The position numbers and the translations under genes are program-made. The notes beneath the pieces were generated by a model. It was given only the letters and a program-made list of their open reading frames with translations, was not told the DNA's origin and did not search any database. A stretch of DNA of 64,000 nucleotides, taken from NCBI GenBank assembly GCA_963693365.1, contig CAVNZM010000008.1, positions 7,822,830-7,886,829 of the forward strand, given 5' to 3'. Shown here one piece after another: positions 40,785-57,818 of this stretch (positions within the stretch are counted from its first letter, which is position 1; every line of letters begins with the position of its first letter). This DNA comes from Amoebidium appalachense (Eukaryota > Protista > Ichthyosporea).

Positions 40785-41151
40785 TCGGGGGAGGGGGATA
40801 GGGGGGGGGAGGGGATTCGGAGTTGGGGGGGAAGGGGGGAAGGGGGGGGGGGGGAGGGGGGAGGGGGGGGGGGTAGATGCACACGTGAGAGGCTGCTGCA
40901 TCAGCTTAGATGTAACCCATCCCATTGGACATGCATTGAAAGGAGAAGGAGGGAGGGAGGGGGGGGGGGGTTCATTTAAAGAGCTGGGGGTGGGGTTTGG
41001 GGGGGGAGGGGGGGGGGGGGAGAAGGAGTGGGGAGGGAGGAGGGGACTCGGATAAGAGAAAAGGGGTGGGTGGGTCGAGGTGGTGTGGGGTGGGTGGGTG
41101 GGTGGGGGGGGAGGGACGGGGGGGGGGGGAGGGACGGGGGGAGGGGGAGGA

Positions 41152-41190
<39 letters not shown>

Positions 41191-41241
41191 ACAGCCTCAC
41201 AGCACGGAATTCTACTTCTCCTTTTTCCACGGTTTGGGCTC

Positions 41242-41273
<32 letters not shown>

Positions 41274-41362
41274 GGTCTATTACCAGTTTGAAGTTTTTTC
41301 CTTTTTATTTTAGCTTTTAACTTATTTTCAAAATAAAGCGTTGTTTCTGTTTTTTTTTTTTT

Positions 41363-41393
<31 letters not shown>

Positions 41394-41988
41394 GGGGGAT
41401 CGAGGGGGGGGGGAGGGGGGGGGGGGGATGGAGGGGGGGAGGGGGGGGGGGGGGGGAGGTTCACAGCCTCCAGCACGAAAATATGTTATTCTTTTTTTCG
41501 GGGCTTATAGTCGTTTTGTGCCGTTTATTATGCTTAATTTCACCTCCTTTCTTTTTATGTTTTCATCCATTTTTTACAATATAATAGTTGTTTTCATTTG
41601 AACGTTTTTTTTCGGGGGAGAGGTGGGGAGGGGGGGGCGGGGAAAGACTAAAAGTTATCAGGAGGCCTTGCAGAGTCTGCCATGGCTTACTGATGCAATG
41701 CTTCATCAAAGCTGGATTGAAGTTGGTGTGTGGGTAGTTGGGTGGGTTTGTGTGTGAGTCGTTGTGTGGGTGGGTGGTGGGCCAGGGGAGGGGGTGAGGG
41801 GAGGGGGGGAAGGGGGGGGAGGAGGGAGTAGGTGTAGGGGTGGATGGGTGGGTGGGTGGGTGGATGGGTGGGTGGGTCACTTCGGTAGGGTCTATGAGTT
41901 GGTAAGTGGGCTAGAGTGGGTGTGTGGGACTTGATCGGGGTGGGTGGGAGTGGGTGTGGGGTTTGGGGGGGCCTGGGTGATGGGTGTG

Positions 41989-42027
<39 letters not shown>

Positions 42028-42773
42028 TAGGTCTAGGTGTGGGTGGGTGGAGGTGGGTGTAAGCATGAGTAGATGTGTGGGCGAATTCTCGAGTTTTTCA
42101 TGATGTGTGGGTGAGGTTGTGGGTGGGGTGTTAGGGACTAAAGGGTTTGGTTGTGTTCGTGGGTTAGTTGAAGGGGGGTTGGTGTGTGCTGGGTGGGTGG
42201 GTGGGTGGCGGTGGATATGCAGAGATAAGGTGGTTGGATGGGGAGAGGGGTGGGTGGGTGAGTTTATATGGGTGGGTGGGGGTAGGCTCGGGGAAGGGGG
42301 GGGGGGGGGGAAGGTATAGGGGTGGGTGGGTTGGTGTGGGACCCGGTGTGGACGTGGGTAGTGTGAGTGGAAGGTGAGGTGTGTAAATTTTTGGGGGTAA
42401 TATGGGTGGTTGGGTAGATAATGATGTGTGTATGGTTGTGGGCGGGTGGGTTGGGAGTGCGTATACTATACGTGGTTGGGGGGGTGGGTGAGGGAGGGGG
42501 ATGGATGATGTTTGGGACTAGAGGGGGATGGGTGGGTGCTTGATGGGTGTGTGGATGGGTGGATGTGCGGGGGTGGGTCTGGGGTGAGTGGGTTGGTGGG
42601 TGAGTTGGGGTGGGTGGGTGGGTTTGCAGTGGGGTTGGGTGGGTGGGAGTGGGCGCAAATACGAGTGGATGGGTGGATGGCAGTTAGGGTGGGTGAGGGG
42701 TTGTGTAAGCAATGGTGGGTGCGGGGTGGGTGAGGGTGGGGGTGGATGTGGGGGGCACGGTTCAACGGACGAA

Positions 42774-42805
<32 letters not shown>

Positions 42806-42818
42806 GCTGTGTTTGTGT

Positions 42819-42856
<38 letters not shown>

Positions 42857-43783
42857 GAGGGGGGAATGGGTGGTAGGAGATGGGTGGAAGCTGGGGTATC
42901 ATAGTGTGGGGGCTGGGTGGGTTGTAATGGGTACAGGGGTGAGAATCACTTCGTGGCGAGATGGAGCTGGGTGTTGGACGTGGGTGGGCGGGTAGGTAGG
43001 TGGATGGGTGGGTGGGTAATGGGGGAGGGGGTGGAGGGGGGGGGGGGGGGGGGGGGGGGGGAAGGGGGGGGGGGGGTTTGGACAAGGGGCACGGCGGGTG
43101 GGTGGGTGGGTTAGTGTTTGGGGGGGGGGGGGGGGGGGGGGAAGGGGGGGGGGGGGGGGGGGGGGGTTGGGCGGGTGGTGCCACAACCTACTAACTTTGT
43201 GCGGTGAGAAGACAGTGACTGCTGTTGTGCTCTACCGTAACGGCTGGTGTGGGGGTGGAGTGGATGTGGGTGGGGTGGATGTGGGTGGGGGTAACGTTCG
43301 GTGCAGGGTCGGGTGCTTACATTATTACAGGCGGATGGGTGAAGGTGGGTGGGGTGTCGGGAGGGGGGAGGGAGGGGGGGAGGGGGGGGGGGGGAGGTGG
43401 GGGGGGGGGGGGGGGGGGAGGGGGGGAGGAGCGGGTTGGTGAGGGGAGGGGGGGGGGGGGGGGGGGGGGTGGGAGGGACAGGTGGTATAAGCCCCAGGGA
43501 ATCAGAATGTATGTGTGTTAGTGCAATTTGGCCAGTATTTTTCACGCAAAAATTAACATGTAGTGTATATCGATTAAAAAAAATCATTTTATGAATCTGA
43601 AAAGGGTCTGGTGCAACATGCAGTTCTTGCAAGTGGTAACAAAATATTCGTACAAAAATACATCAAAGCGTTAAAACCCAGAAGACCTGACTGGTTCCGC
43701 ACACATGATCCCCCCTCCCCTCCCCACCTCCCCATCTCTTCTCCCTCCCCCCCCCCCCCCCCCCCCCTTCCCCTCCCCGGCTG

Positions 43784-43819
<36 letters not shown>

Positions 43820-44874
43820 CCCAGCTAAGTTAGCCCCTCGGTGCTCCTTGTGAATCTACGTTGGCCTTCCCCTACACCTTTTTGGCAGGCTGCACATGGA
43901 AATTCTTAGTATTCCTTTGCTTGATGATATCACTAGTCTTCTCTTACTCGAAAAAGGCATCAATCCCCCCCCCCCCCCCCCCCCCCCACCCACCCACCAC
44001 CACCACCACCACCAGCACCAGCACCACCACCAACCCCATTCCTCCCCCCCCCCCCCCCCCCTCCCCCCAGCCCGCCCCTTTCCCCCCCCCCCCCCCTCCC
44101 GCCCCCACCTTGTTATCCCCCCCGACCCCTCCCCTCCCCTCCTCCGGCCCCACCCCCTTCCCCCCTTCCCCCCCCCCCTCCCCCCCCCCCCCTTCCCCCC
44201 GGGCGCCCCACCCCCCCCCCTCCCCCCCACCTTGTGATCCCCCCCTACCCCTCCCCTCCCCTCCTCCAGCCGGCCCCTCCCATCCCCCCCCCCCCCTCCC
44301 CCCCACCTTCCCCCCGTCCCCACCCCCTAAAAGCAAATGAAAGAAAGCCTTAGGAAAAGGCAAGGAAAAAAAACGATCTACCCACCCACCCCTTGTATCC
44401 ACTCGAGCCGAGCCACCAACCCAAGGCTTTGCATGCAGCTGTGAGTCATTCTCCGACAGAAACCTCTCGTGCATCCCCTCCTTTATCCCCGCCCCCCCAC
44501 CCCACCCCTCTCTCCTAATCCCCCCCTCCCCAACCCCCCCCCTCCTCCATCCTCACTCCAACCCAAACCCCACACACCAAATATTCGTCGAAAGGGGCTT
44601 GATCGTTTCCCATCGAACTGCTCCTTCTACGTGACCCCCTCCTCCCCCCTTCCCCCTTCCTCTCCCCCACATGAACACACACGCACACATGTGCACTCCT
44701 CTGAGTCCCCTCTTCCCCTCCCCCCCCCCTTATACTTAATCATTTTTTAATGTTAACTGTAAGCACTCATTCTCAGAACTCCCAAACAAGTTTCTAGTTT
44801 CAAAAAAAAAAAAAAAAAAAAAAAAAAAACCCCCAGAAAAAAAAAAAGAGAAATAAAAACCAGTTCACAGGCAC

Positions 44875-45417
44875 CTGCGCGGTTTCACCACCACATCATC
44901 AATAAAGTTTCCGCAGGCGTTAGTTACCGTGCACGTCACGCTTGCGCTACTCACGGCCCTAAACCTAAACCCAGTCCTATACAGTCCGGGGAGGATCACA
45001 TAATACGTCTATGGCGGGCCCACATGTTGTTTACGGTAGAAAAGATACCCAAGCTCACTTTCATGTCGTTGGTGCTCGCCGTCTCCGGCCCGGCCAAAAC
45101 CTCCACCGTGTCGACTCCGTCACGGTCACGGTGTGCAAAAGAAAGCATGACTTCGTCGCCCGGGATCGTATCGAAATACTGATACAGCGTCTCGTCGATT
45201 TTTGCGTTTACCTCGGCAAACTGAAGACCCCTGTGTGCGTCAATACCGTAGCTCCCTTTGCGCAAAACCTCGATTCCGGCGTCTGTCGTTTTCCAACCCG
45301 GGACCCAGCTTGGCTGAAAGAGCTGCCAGAGATGGGACACGGAGGAAATAGCGGGAGTTTCAAAATCGCCGTTGGTGAAGCCGAAGCTGGAGAGTGAGCA
45401 CTGCGTGTCGTTGGTGG
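44875..45417 (-). pseudogene. Exon encoding a bacterial-type jelly-roll/carbohydrate-binding-like domain, with a frameshift at ~45005
   Basis: NGDFETP...VPGWKTT...GLQFAEVNA...LYQYFDTIPG...SFAHRDRDGVDT...WARH continues in another frame as YYVILPGLYRTGFRFRAVSSA...GNFIDDV. Flanked by acceptor CACAG and donor AG|GTGC. The frameshift could be a sequencing error. Confidence 0.65.
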
Positions 45418-45453
45418 CTGTGGGGTGTGTGTGGGTGGGTGGGTGGGTGGGGG

Positions 45454-45502
<49 letters not shown>

Positions 45503-45550
45503 GGTGGTCGGGGAAGGGAGTTTGGGAGGCGTGTGTGTGCGTCGGTTTTT

Positions 45551-45585
<35 letters not shown>

Positions 45586-45639
45586 GGAGGGACGGGGGGA
45601 AGGGGAGAATGGGGCCAATGGGTCGGCTGATATCGGGAG

Positions 45640-45758
45640 AAAGCTGATGTAACACTGAGTGAGTGGTATGTGAAAACGAGAGTGTGCTAGCTGTAATAGG
45701 CAAGTTCACGTTTTCCTTTTTTTTTTTTTTTTTTTTTTTTTTCCCGCTTTTGTCTCCG

Positions 45759-45793
<35 letters not shown>

Positions 45794-46182
45794 TTTTTCA
45801 TCGGACACTGTTGAAATTATGTGGCCCGAGGCACGTGGGGACACAAACACACACAAACATGCACATACAGACACGTGTACATGCACATAAATATGCACAC
45901 AGGTACACACCCATAGGAGACTAACTGTGTCTAGTAGATTCAGAGAATCCGTTGCCAAAAATCGTTTTTTTTATAGTTTTATATAGTTTTTAGTTTTTAC
46001 AATTCGATATGCTTTCAATACTTGAAAACAACTACGCCGTGGGCAAACAGCCGTCAGTGATGGCATCTACAATAAAAGGCTCTGAAGTTAAAGTAAAATT
46101 TTGTTGTTTTCCCTAGTATCCCCCCAATCCCACCCTCTACCCGTCCGCCCCCAAAATTCGCATACCTTTAGACGCACACATA

Positions 46183-46278
<96 letters not shown>

Positions 46279-48665
46279 CTCACTCACTCACTCACTCACT
46301 CACTCACTCACTCACTCACTCACACTCACACTCACACACACACACACACACAGTATCTATTTACTACTGAGTTGCACATGCGTGTGGAGACTGGCCCAGA
46401 TCAAAAGTCTGACGCAGTTGACAGAGGGCCCCAGCCTTCTATTCCCCCCCCCCCCCCCCCTCCCCCCCCCCCCCCCACCTTTTACCCCCTCCCCCCCCTC
46501 CCCCCCCCCCCCCTCTGCCTGGGTTGAATGGGCGGTCATCCCGTATTCAAAGTTGGACTAGTTGCTGTTTTGCGTGGATTCGTGCCTCCACAAAGTGTGT
46601 TGCGCAAACATAGTGTAATGTATCAATGTATTATGTGCACTGCATCACCCCCCTCCCGCCCCTCTCCCCCTCCTTCCCGCCCCCCTGCCCCCCTTTCTCC
46701 CCCCCCCCCCCTCTCCCCTGAGGCTCCCTCTCCCCTTGCCTTCCCCCATCCCCCCCCTAAACCCCGTCCACCTCCCCCCCCCCCCCCCCCCCCCCCTTCC
46801 CCCGGCCTGTCCCTCCCCCCCCCTCCGGGCCCCCCTCCTCTTTCCCCTCCGCTCAGACCTTCTTCCATCCCCACCCTCTCCCCCCTCCTCCCCCCCCCCA
46901 GTCCTCCCTACCCCCTCCTTCCCCCTCAACCGCTCTCCCCCCCGTCCCCCCTCCCTGCTCCCCACCCCCTGTCCCCACTCTCTCACTTACCCTACTCCAC
47001 CTCCCGTCCTCCCCACCCCGTCCTTCCTCCCCACCCCGTCCTTCCCCTCCCCCCCACGTCCCCCCTCCCTCTTCTCCCTCCCCTAACCCCCCCCCCCCCT
47101 CCTTCCCCCCTCCCCCCTCCCCCCTCTCCCCCCCTTCTCTCCATCCAACCTTCCTCTTCACCTCCCCCACTTTTCTCCCCCCCCCCCTCTCCCCCCACCG
47201 CCCCTTGGCCCTGAAAATGATGGGCTTTTCTGATGCGGCATACCCGTTGTGTGTGCTCTGCAACGTGTGTTGTCCGTCTTGAGTGTGTACTTCGTCCTCA
47301 GCACCCTATTCTTTAGGCCCCCCTCTCCCCCCTCCCCCCAAAATCCCCCCCCCCCCCCCCCCCCCCCTCCCCATTCCCCCCAACCCCCCCACTCCGCGCA
47401 CACAGCTCAATCACCAAGATGAGTACAAATGGGCTTGGACCATGTATGCGCCAATCAAACAATGGGTTTAAAATTTAAAAAGGTCTTTGACTTTAAAATC
47501 TGAGTAAAATCGTTATGGTATTATATGGTATGCACACCGCAAGGGTGGCAGACAGACCATGTCATCTCGATATTTCACATATTTTAGTTAGATTAGACAC
47601 AATAACTGTGTATATTTGATACTTGATTGTTTCATAAGTGGCAATCTTCCTTATTTGGAAGTGTCCCATACTAGGGGTATGTATTCAATACTGCAGATTA
47701 TCCATATTTGGCATAATTCCATATATGGTAATCATTATGATGCCTGCGTCACGTTGTGGTTCCTAACTTGAGCAGTCGACTGTAATCCCCCCTGTCCTGC
47801 CGCAAAAACCCCCCTTTCGATCCCCCCCCTCTCTCCGCTCTAAACCTCCCCCCTTCCCCCTCCCCTATCCCCCCTCCTCCCCTCCTCCCCCTCCATCCCC
47901 CTCGTGTCATAACCCCAACCAACTTGCACCCACCCACCTTATACACTCCCCACCCACCCACATAACCACCCACACCCATCCCTTCCCGCCGTAACCCCTC
48001 CCTCCCCCCCCCCCCCTCCCCTCCCCCCGCCCTTGCCCCTCCCCCCTTCCCCCCTCTCTCCCTTCCCCTCCCCTCCCCGTGACCCAACCCCAACCAGCTT
48101 GCACCCATCCACTTTATACACCACACACCCACCCACCTAACCACGTACACCAATCCCCGGAGGCTCCCGCGGCAACCCCCTTCTCCTCCCCCCCTCCCCC
48201 CCTCCCCCCCCGTCTCCCCAGCCCCTCTCTCCCCGTGTCCCAACCCCAATCAACTTGCACCCACCCACTTTATACACCCTCCACCCACCCACCCACATTA
48301 CCACACCCATACCCATGCATCTTGCTTTCCTCACTGATGTGATACCCAACTACCCACCCACCCACCCACCCACGGTCCGGCCTGAAGGGTTGGATTGGCC
48401 GTGCGATAACCTATAACTATCAAGTTTTTGGGATATCTATATCTGATTGCCAATAGACACTCTAATGGTATTACTTATGATGTTTAGGGTCATGTGGGAT
48501 ACTACGGTGGCTAGCGACCATCCAACACACCCATCTACCCATCCACCCACCTATGCACACGCACGCACACACTCAACACACCCACACACCCACCTACCAC
48601 CACCAACTCACCCACCACCCACGTATCCTAACACACACACACACACACACACAAAAACGCACACA

Positions 48666-48706
<41 letters not shown>

Positions 48707-48773
48707 ACACACACACAAACACACATGCACACGCACATGCACACGGACATGCACACGCACACACGCACGCACG

Positions 48774-48819
<46 letters not shown>

Positions 48820-48924
48820 AATACACACACACCCTTCCACCCGGGCCTGTCTACTCACCTACCCATTCAAACACGCACCTATCCACTCATGCCCACACAC
48901 TTTCCCACACCCACCCATCCGCCG

Positions 48925-48962
<38 letters not shown>

Positions 48963-49673
48963 TCGCCCTCACACTCACACACTACCCCACAACCACACCG
49001 ACACACTCAAGGCTCACACCAGATATCTACCCACCCTCCCTCCCCCCCCCCCCCCCCTCCCCCCCCCCCCCCCTCCCTCCCATCCATGAGTCACCCACCC
49101 ACCGACCCACCCACCCACCAACCGTTGTTCTGTGTTTGCCTAAAGCGGATGGTGAAAGACTTAAGCAAATCACACAAGATGTGGTATGCGGAGCACAAAT
49201 ACAAGGTTACACAGTATATGATTCGCCCAAATCAAAGGTCTAGGAGCTTGAAATTTTGGAAACTTACGACTCTATGGGGAAGGCATGTTTTTTTTGCAAA
49301 TTTCAATTGTTGCTTTTCAGCTGCTTTGAGCACCGAGCACCAACCGGGAAACGGGGGGAGGGGGGAGGGGGAGGGGGGGGGGGGGGGGGGGAGGAAGAAA
49401 GCTGAGACCAGTTGAGGGAATGCCCGAGGAGAGGGGGGGGGGGGGGGGGGGGGGGGGAATGGGCGAGTACGTGGTGTGTGTGTGTGGGTGTGTGGGTGGG
49501 TGTGGGTGTGTAGGTGTGGGTGGGGGGGGGGATGGGGGGATGGGGGGGCGGGGGGAAGGATGGGTGTTTGTTAGGGAGAGTGTGCGGGTGAGGGGGTGTT
49601 GGAGAGTGTGCGGGCATGAGCCTCGGGATAGGTGTGTGTTTATATGGGTAGGTGAGTGGACGGGCCCGGAAGT

Positions 49674-49770
<97 letters not shown>

Positions 49771-50216
49771 TGTGTGTGTGTGTGCGTGTGTGTGTGTTGT
49801 GTGTGTCAGGGTACTCGGGTGGATGGATGGGTGGATGGGGTGAGTGTGTGTGTGCATGGGTGGGTGGGTGGGTGGATGGGTAGGTGGGTGTGTTGGATGG
49901 TCGCTAGCCACCGTAGTATCCCTCATGACCATAACTAACATGTAGTAATATCGTTAGAGTGTCTCTAGCAATTAGATATAGATATCCCAAAAACTTGATA
50001 GTTATAGGTTATCTCACGGCCAATCCAATCCTTCAAGCAGGACCGAGGGTGGGTGGGTGGGTGGGTAGTCGGGTATCACGTTAGGAAGCAAGATGGGTGG
50101 GTATGGGTAAGGGAGGTTAGGTGGGTGGGTGGAGGGTATATAAAGTGGGTGGGTGCAAGTTGGTTGGGGGTAGGACACGAGGGGGAGGGACGGGGAAGGG
50201 GCAGGCGGGGGGGTGG

Positions 50217-50254
<38 letters not shown>

Positions 50255-52336
50255 GGGGGGGGGGAGGGGGGGGGGGTTGTGCCGGGGCAGGGGTGTGGTG
50301 GAGGGGGAGGGGGTGTGGTGGTGCCGGGGGAGAAGGGGGGAAGGGTCGGAGAGAGGGTTTTTCTTGTGGCACGGGAGCGGTGGGTTACAGTCGACCCCTC
50401 TAGATAAGAATCACAACCTTGATGAAGGTGACGCACATATCATTATTATTACCATATTTGGAATTATTCCAAATATAGACGATCATAGTGTGGGTATTGA
50501 CTATTACCGAGTATGGAATACTTCCAAATAAGGAAGATTGTCAAATACGAAACACCGAGTCACCGAGTATGGAAGATACGCTGGTATCGTGTTTAACCTA
50601 ACCACGTAGGTGAAACATCGAAATGACCTACAATGGTCTGGCAGCCACCCCTGCAACGTACACACCATACAGTAGCGTGATAATTTCTACAGATTATAAA
50701 TTTAAAGTTAGATTGGTAAATGCATGGCCCAAGCCCATTTGTGCTCATCTTGGCGAATCAGCTGTGGGGAGGATGGTTGGCGGGGGGGGGGGGGGGGGGG
50801 GGAGCGGGGGGGGGGTGGGGAGGGAGGTTGGAAGGGGGGATGGGATAGAGGACTGCCGGGGGTGGGATAAGGGGAGAGTGGGGAGGAAGGGAAGGGGAGG
50901 GGGGGATGGGATAGAGGACTGCCGGGGGTGGGATAAGGGGAGAGTGGGGAGGGGAGGGGAAGGGGAGGGGGGAGGGGGGAGGGGAGAGGGGGGGAGGGGG
51001 GGAGGGGGGGAGGGGGGGGGGGGGAAGGAGACTGGAGGGGAAGCGAGTTGGAAGAAGAAGGAGGGGGGATATGGGGACAGAGGAGTTGGAAGGACGGGAT
51101 AGGAAGGACGGGGGGGGAAAGGGGTAAAGGAGAGGGTGGGGAAGGGGGTGGGGAGGAGGGAGGGGGGAACGCAGGGAGGGAGGAGGGGGGGGGGGAGGGG
51201 AGTGGGGGAGGAGGGAGAAGGAGGGGGGGGGGAGGACGGGGGGGGGGGGGGGGGGGGGGGGGGGGGAGGGAGGGGAGGGGAGAGGAGGGGAGGGGAAAGG
51301 GGTGAAGGGGGGGGGCGGGAGGGAGGGGGAGAGGGGGGAGGGGGGAAGGAGTTGGGGGGGTGGGGAGCGGATGTGGGAAAAGAGAAAGAGAAGGTGGGAG
51401 GGAGGGCGGGAGGGAGGGAGGGGGTGGGGGGGGGGGGGGGGGGGGGAAGGGGGGCCCGGCTCACATGAGACATTATACTATGTCGTTAAAGCACCACACT
51501 CTATGGAGGCACGATGACATAGGCCCCAAATAGTGATAACCCAGAAAATATAGGGATTTGTTTAAAGTAGAATTGTGAATTGCGGATCCAATCACAAGGC
51601 CCAATTGTTTGAGTGGAATTTCGGACCCAATCGACTCATCGTATTTCAGTTTATTCAATTTCAACTCCAGTTTCGGGGTTATCACATTTTTGCAAGATGA
51701 GGCAAAACAGCAATTATACCAATTATGCAATAAGGGATGATCCCCCGTTTACCCAGGAAGTGGAAGTGGGTGCGCGTGCGTGTGTGTGTGGTGTGTGTGC
51801 GTCTGAAGGTGTGTAGGAGGTCTGGGGGCAGACGGTTGGGGGGGGGGGAGGGGGGGGGGGGGGGGGGGGGTTACAAGGGACAAGACTGAGTTTTCACTTT
51901 TACTTCACAGCCTTTTTATTGTAGAAGCCACCAGGGCGGCTGTTTACCCGCGGCGTATACGTAGTCGTTTTGAAATAATATAACTTTATCGCAGTTAAGA
52001 AAATTTTGGTGACGAATGCTCCTAGGCACGTTTAGTCTCGCATGGGTGTGTGGCTGTGTGGCTGTGCATGTGATGCCATGTGTGTGACACTGTGCTTCTT
52101 TTTTTTTTTCTCTCTCTGTGTGTGCGTGTGTGTGTGTGTTTGTGTGGGAGGGGGAAAAAGGGGGGGAGGGGGGAGGGGGGAGGGGGGGGAGGGGGAGGGG
52201 AGGGGGGGGGGGGGGAGAGAGAGAGACTCAGAGCTGCGGCACAAGGTGAGGAGAAGAAATTCAATGTAACAATGTAGTAAACTTTAACTTGCCTACTACA
52301 GCTAGTCATGTACACACTCACAGTGCTACGGCAAGC
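45640..52336. repeat. ~6.7-kb imperfect inverted repeat (arms ~45640-49000 and ~49450-52336) with a short unique spacer
   Basis: Colinear inverted anchor pairs: 45640-45712/52280-52336; 45905-45960/52000-52050; 46022-46115/51870-51975; 46515-46625/51465-51760; 47401-47800/50360-50766; 48370-48560/49850-50050; 48835-48910/49590-49672. Confidence 0.92.
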
Positions 52337-52349
52337 ATTAAACACTTAA

Positions 52350-52710
52350 TCACATGGACAAATCCAACAGCCACCCTCCCGCCTTCCGCATGCTTCCAGC
52401 ATACGCCAGCAGGCCATGCACCGTGCAGTTCTCCACCAATAGTGTGGCCCCAACGCCCCCCTCTGACGTCACGTTTCCGGCGTACGTCACCGTCTCCCCC
52501 CACGGGCACGTGATCGTTCCCCCTCGCGGATTGGTCGAATCGGGCCCAATCAGAGTCCCGTTAGCAGTAACGGTCAAATTGTAGGCGAAATGAATGGTGC
52601 ACGGCGGATTGGCGGCAGTCCATTGGGTGCAGGCATCGGCCGTAAGGGTGGCCGGGCAACCAATCAAATCCCCATCAATGGTGAGCTGGGCGGGCCCGTG
52701 ATTGGTGGTC
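52350..52710 (-). pseudogene. Exon remnant of a Cys/Thr-rich extracellular-type protein
   Basis: Codon-like GC-rich ORF 52350..52667 (IGCPATLTADACTQW...NLTVTANGT...). Upstream QLTIDG lies in a different frame, and the ORF stops at the edge of the inverted repeat. Confidence 0.45.
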
Positions 52711-52711
52711 C

Positions 52712-52807
<96 letters not shown>

Positions 52808-52896
52808 TGTGTGTTGGGGAGGAGGGGCGGGGAGGGGGGTTAAGTAAGTTCCGAATCTGAAGTGTTCACGCCCACACGCCCACACGCCCACACGCC

Positions 52897-52938
<42 letters not shown>

Positions 52939-53634
52939 CACACACACACACACACACGTACGCGTGTACATGTACGCACGTGCTGCCCTAGGCACAAAAA
53001 GCACACACACACACACACACACAGATGCAATGTTTCATCCACAGAATCCCACTCATTCTTCACATTCCACATTCCACACATTCCATACATTCTGCAAACG
53101 CACACACCTGCACCCGGTGTGTGCTCGTCCGAGTCACTGCCTTTGCTCGAAATGCAAGGTGCATCAGGCGATTTCTTATTCATGTTGCAAAAGCGTTACT
53201 AAGTTCTCAATCGACCCGACCAATCACAATCACAAATTAAAATTAGCATTGAAGGGAGCACGATATCAGGAATTAACATGTCTTGAATGAATGTTTATTA
53301 GGTAGTGGATAGTATGCGCAGCATACTAGTAAAACACATAAAAAGAAAATACATGGCACATACTACGTAAATACAACCTGGCACCCATTATCACGATCGA
53401 ATATCTTATAGACATCAATCAGTAATACCGTTGAGTCACAACACAACACAAGTCCAATTTGATATTCATCAACAGATTAAGCCAAATTTCACAAAATTTT
53501 AAACATGTTCGATCCGAGTCATTCATAGTCAGCCACAAAACTGAATGAGTCATGACTACCAAACGGTTGAGGGTCCCATTCGAAATAAGGGAAAACACAC
53601 ATGAAATTCGTAAAATCCCGCAAATTTCGGGCAT

Positions 53635-57818
<4,184 letters not shown>

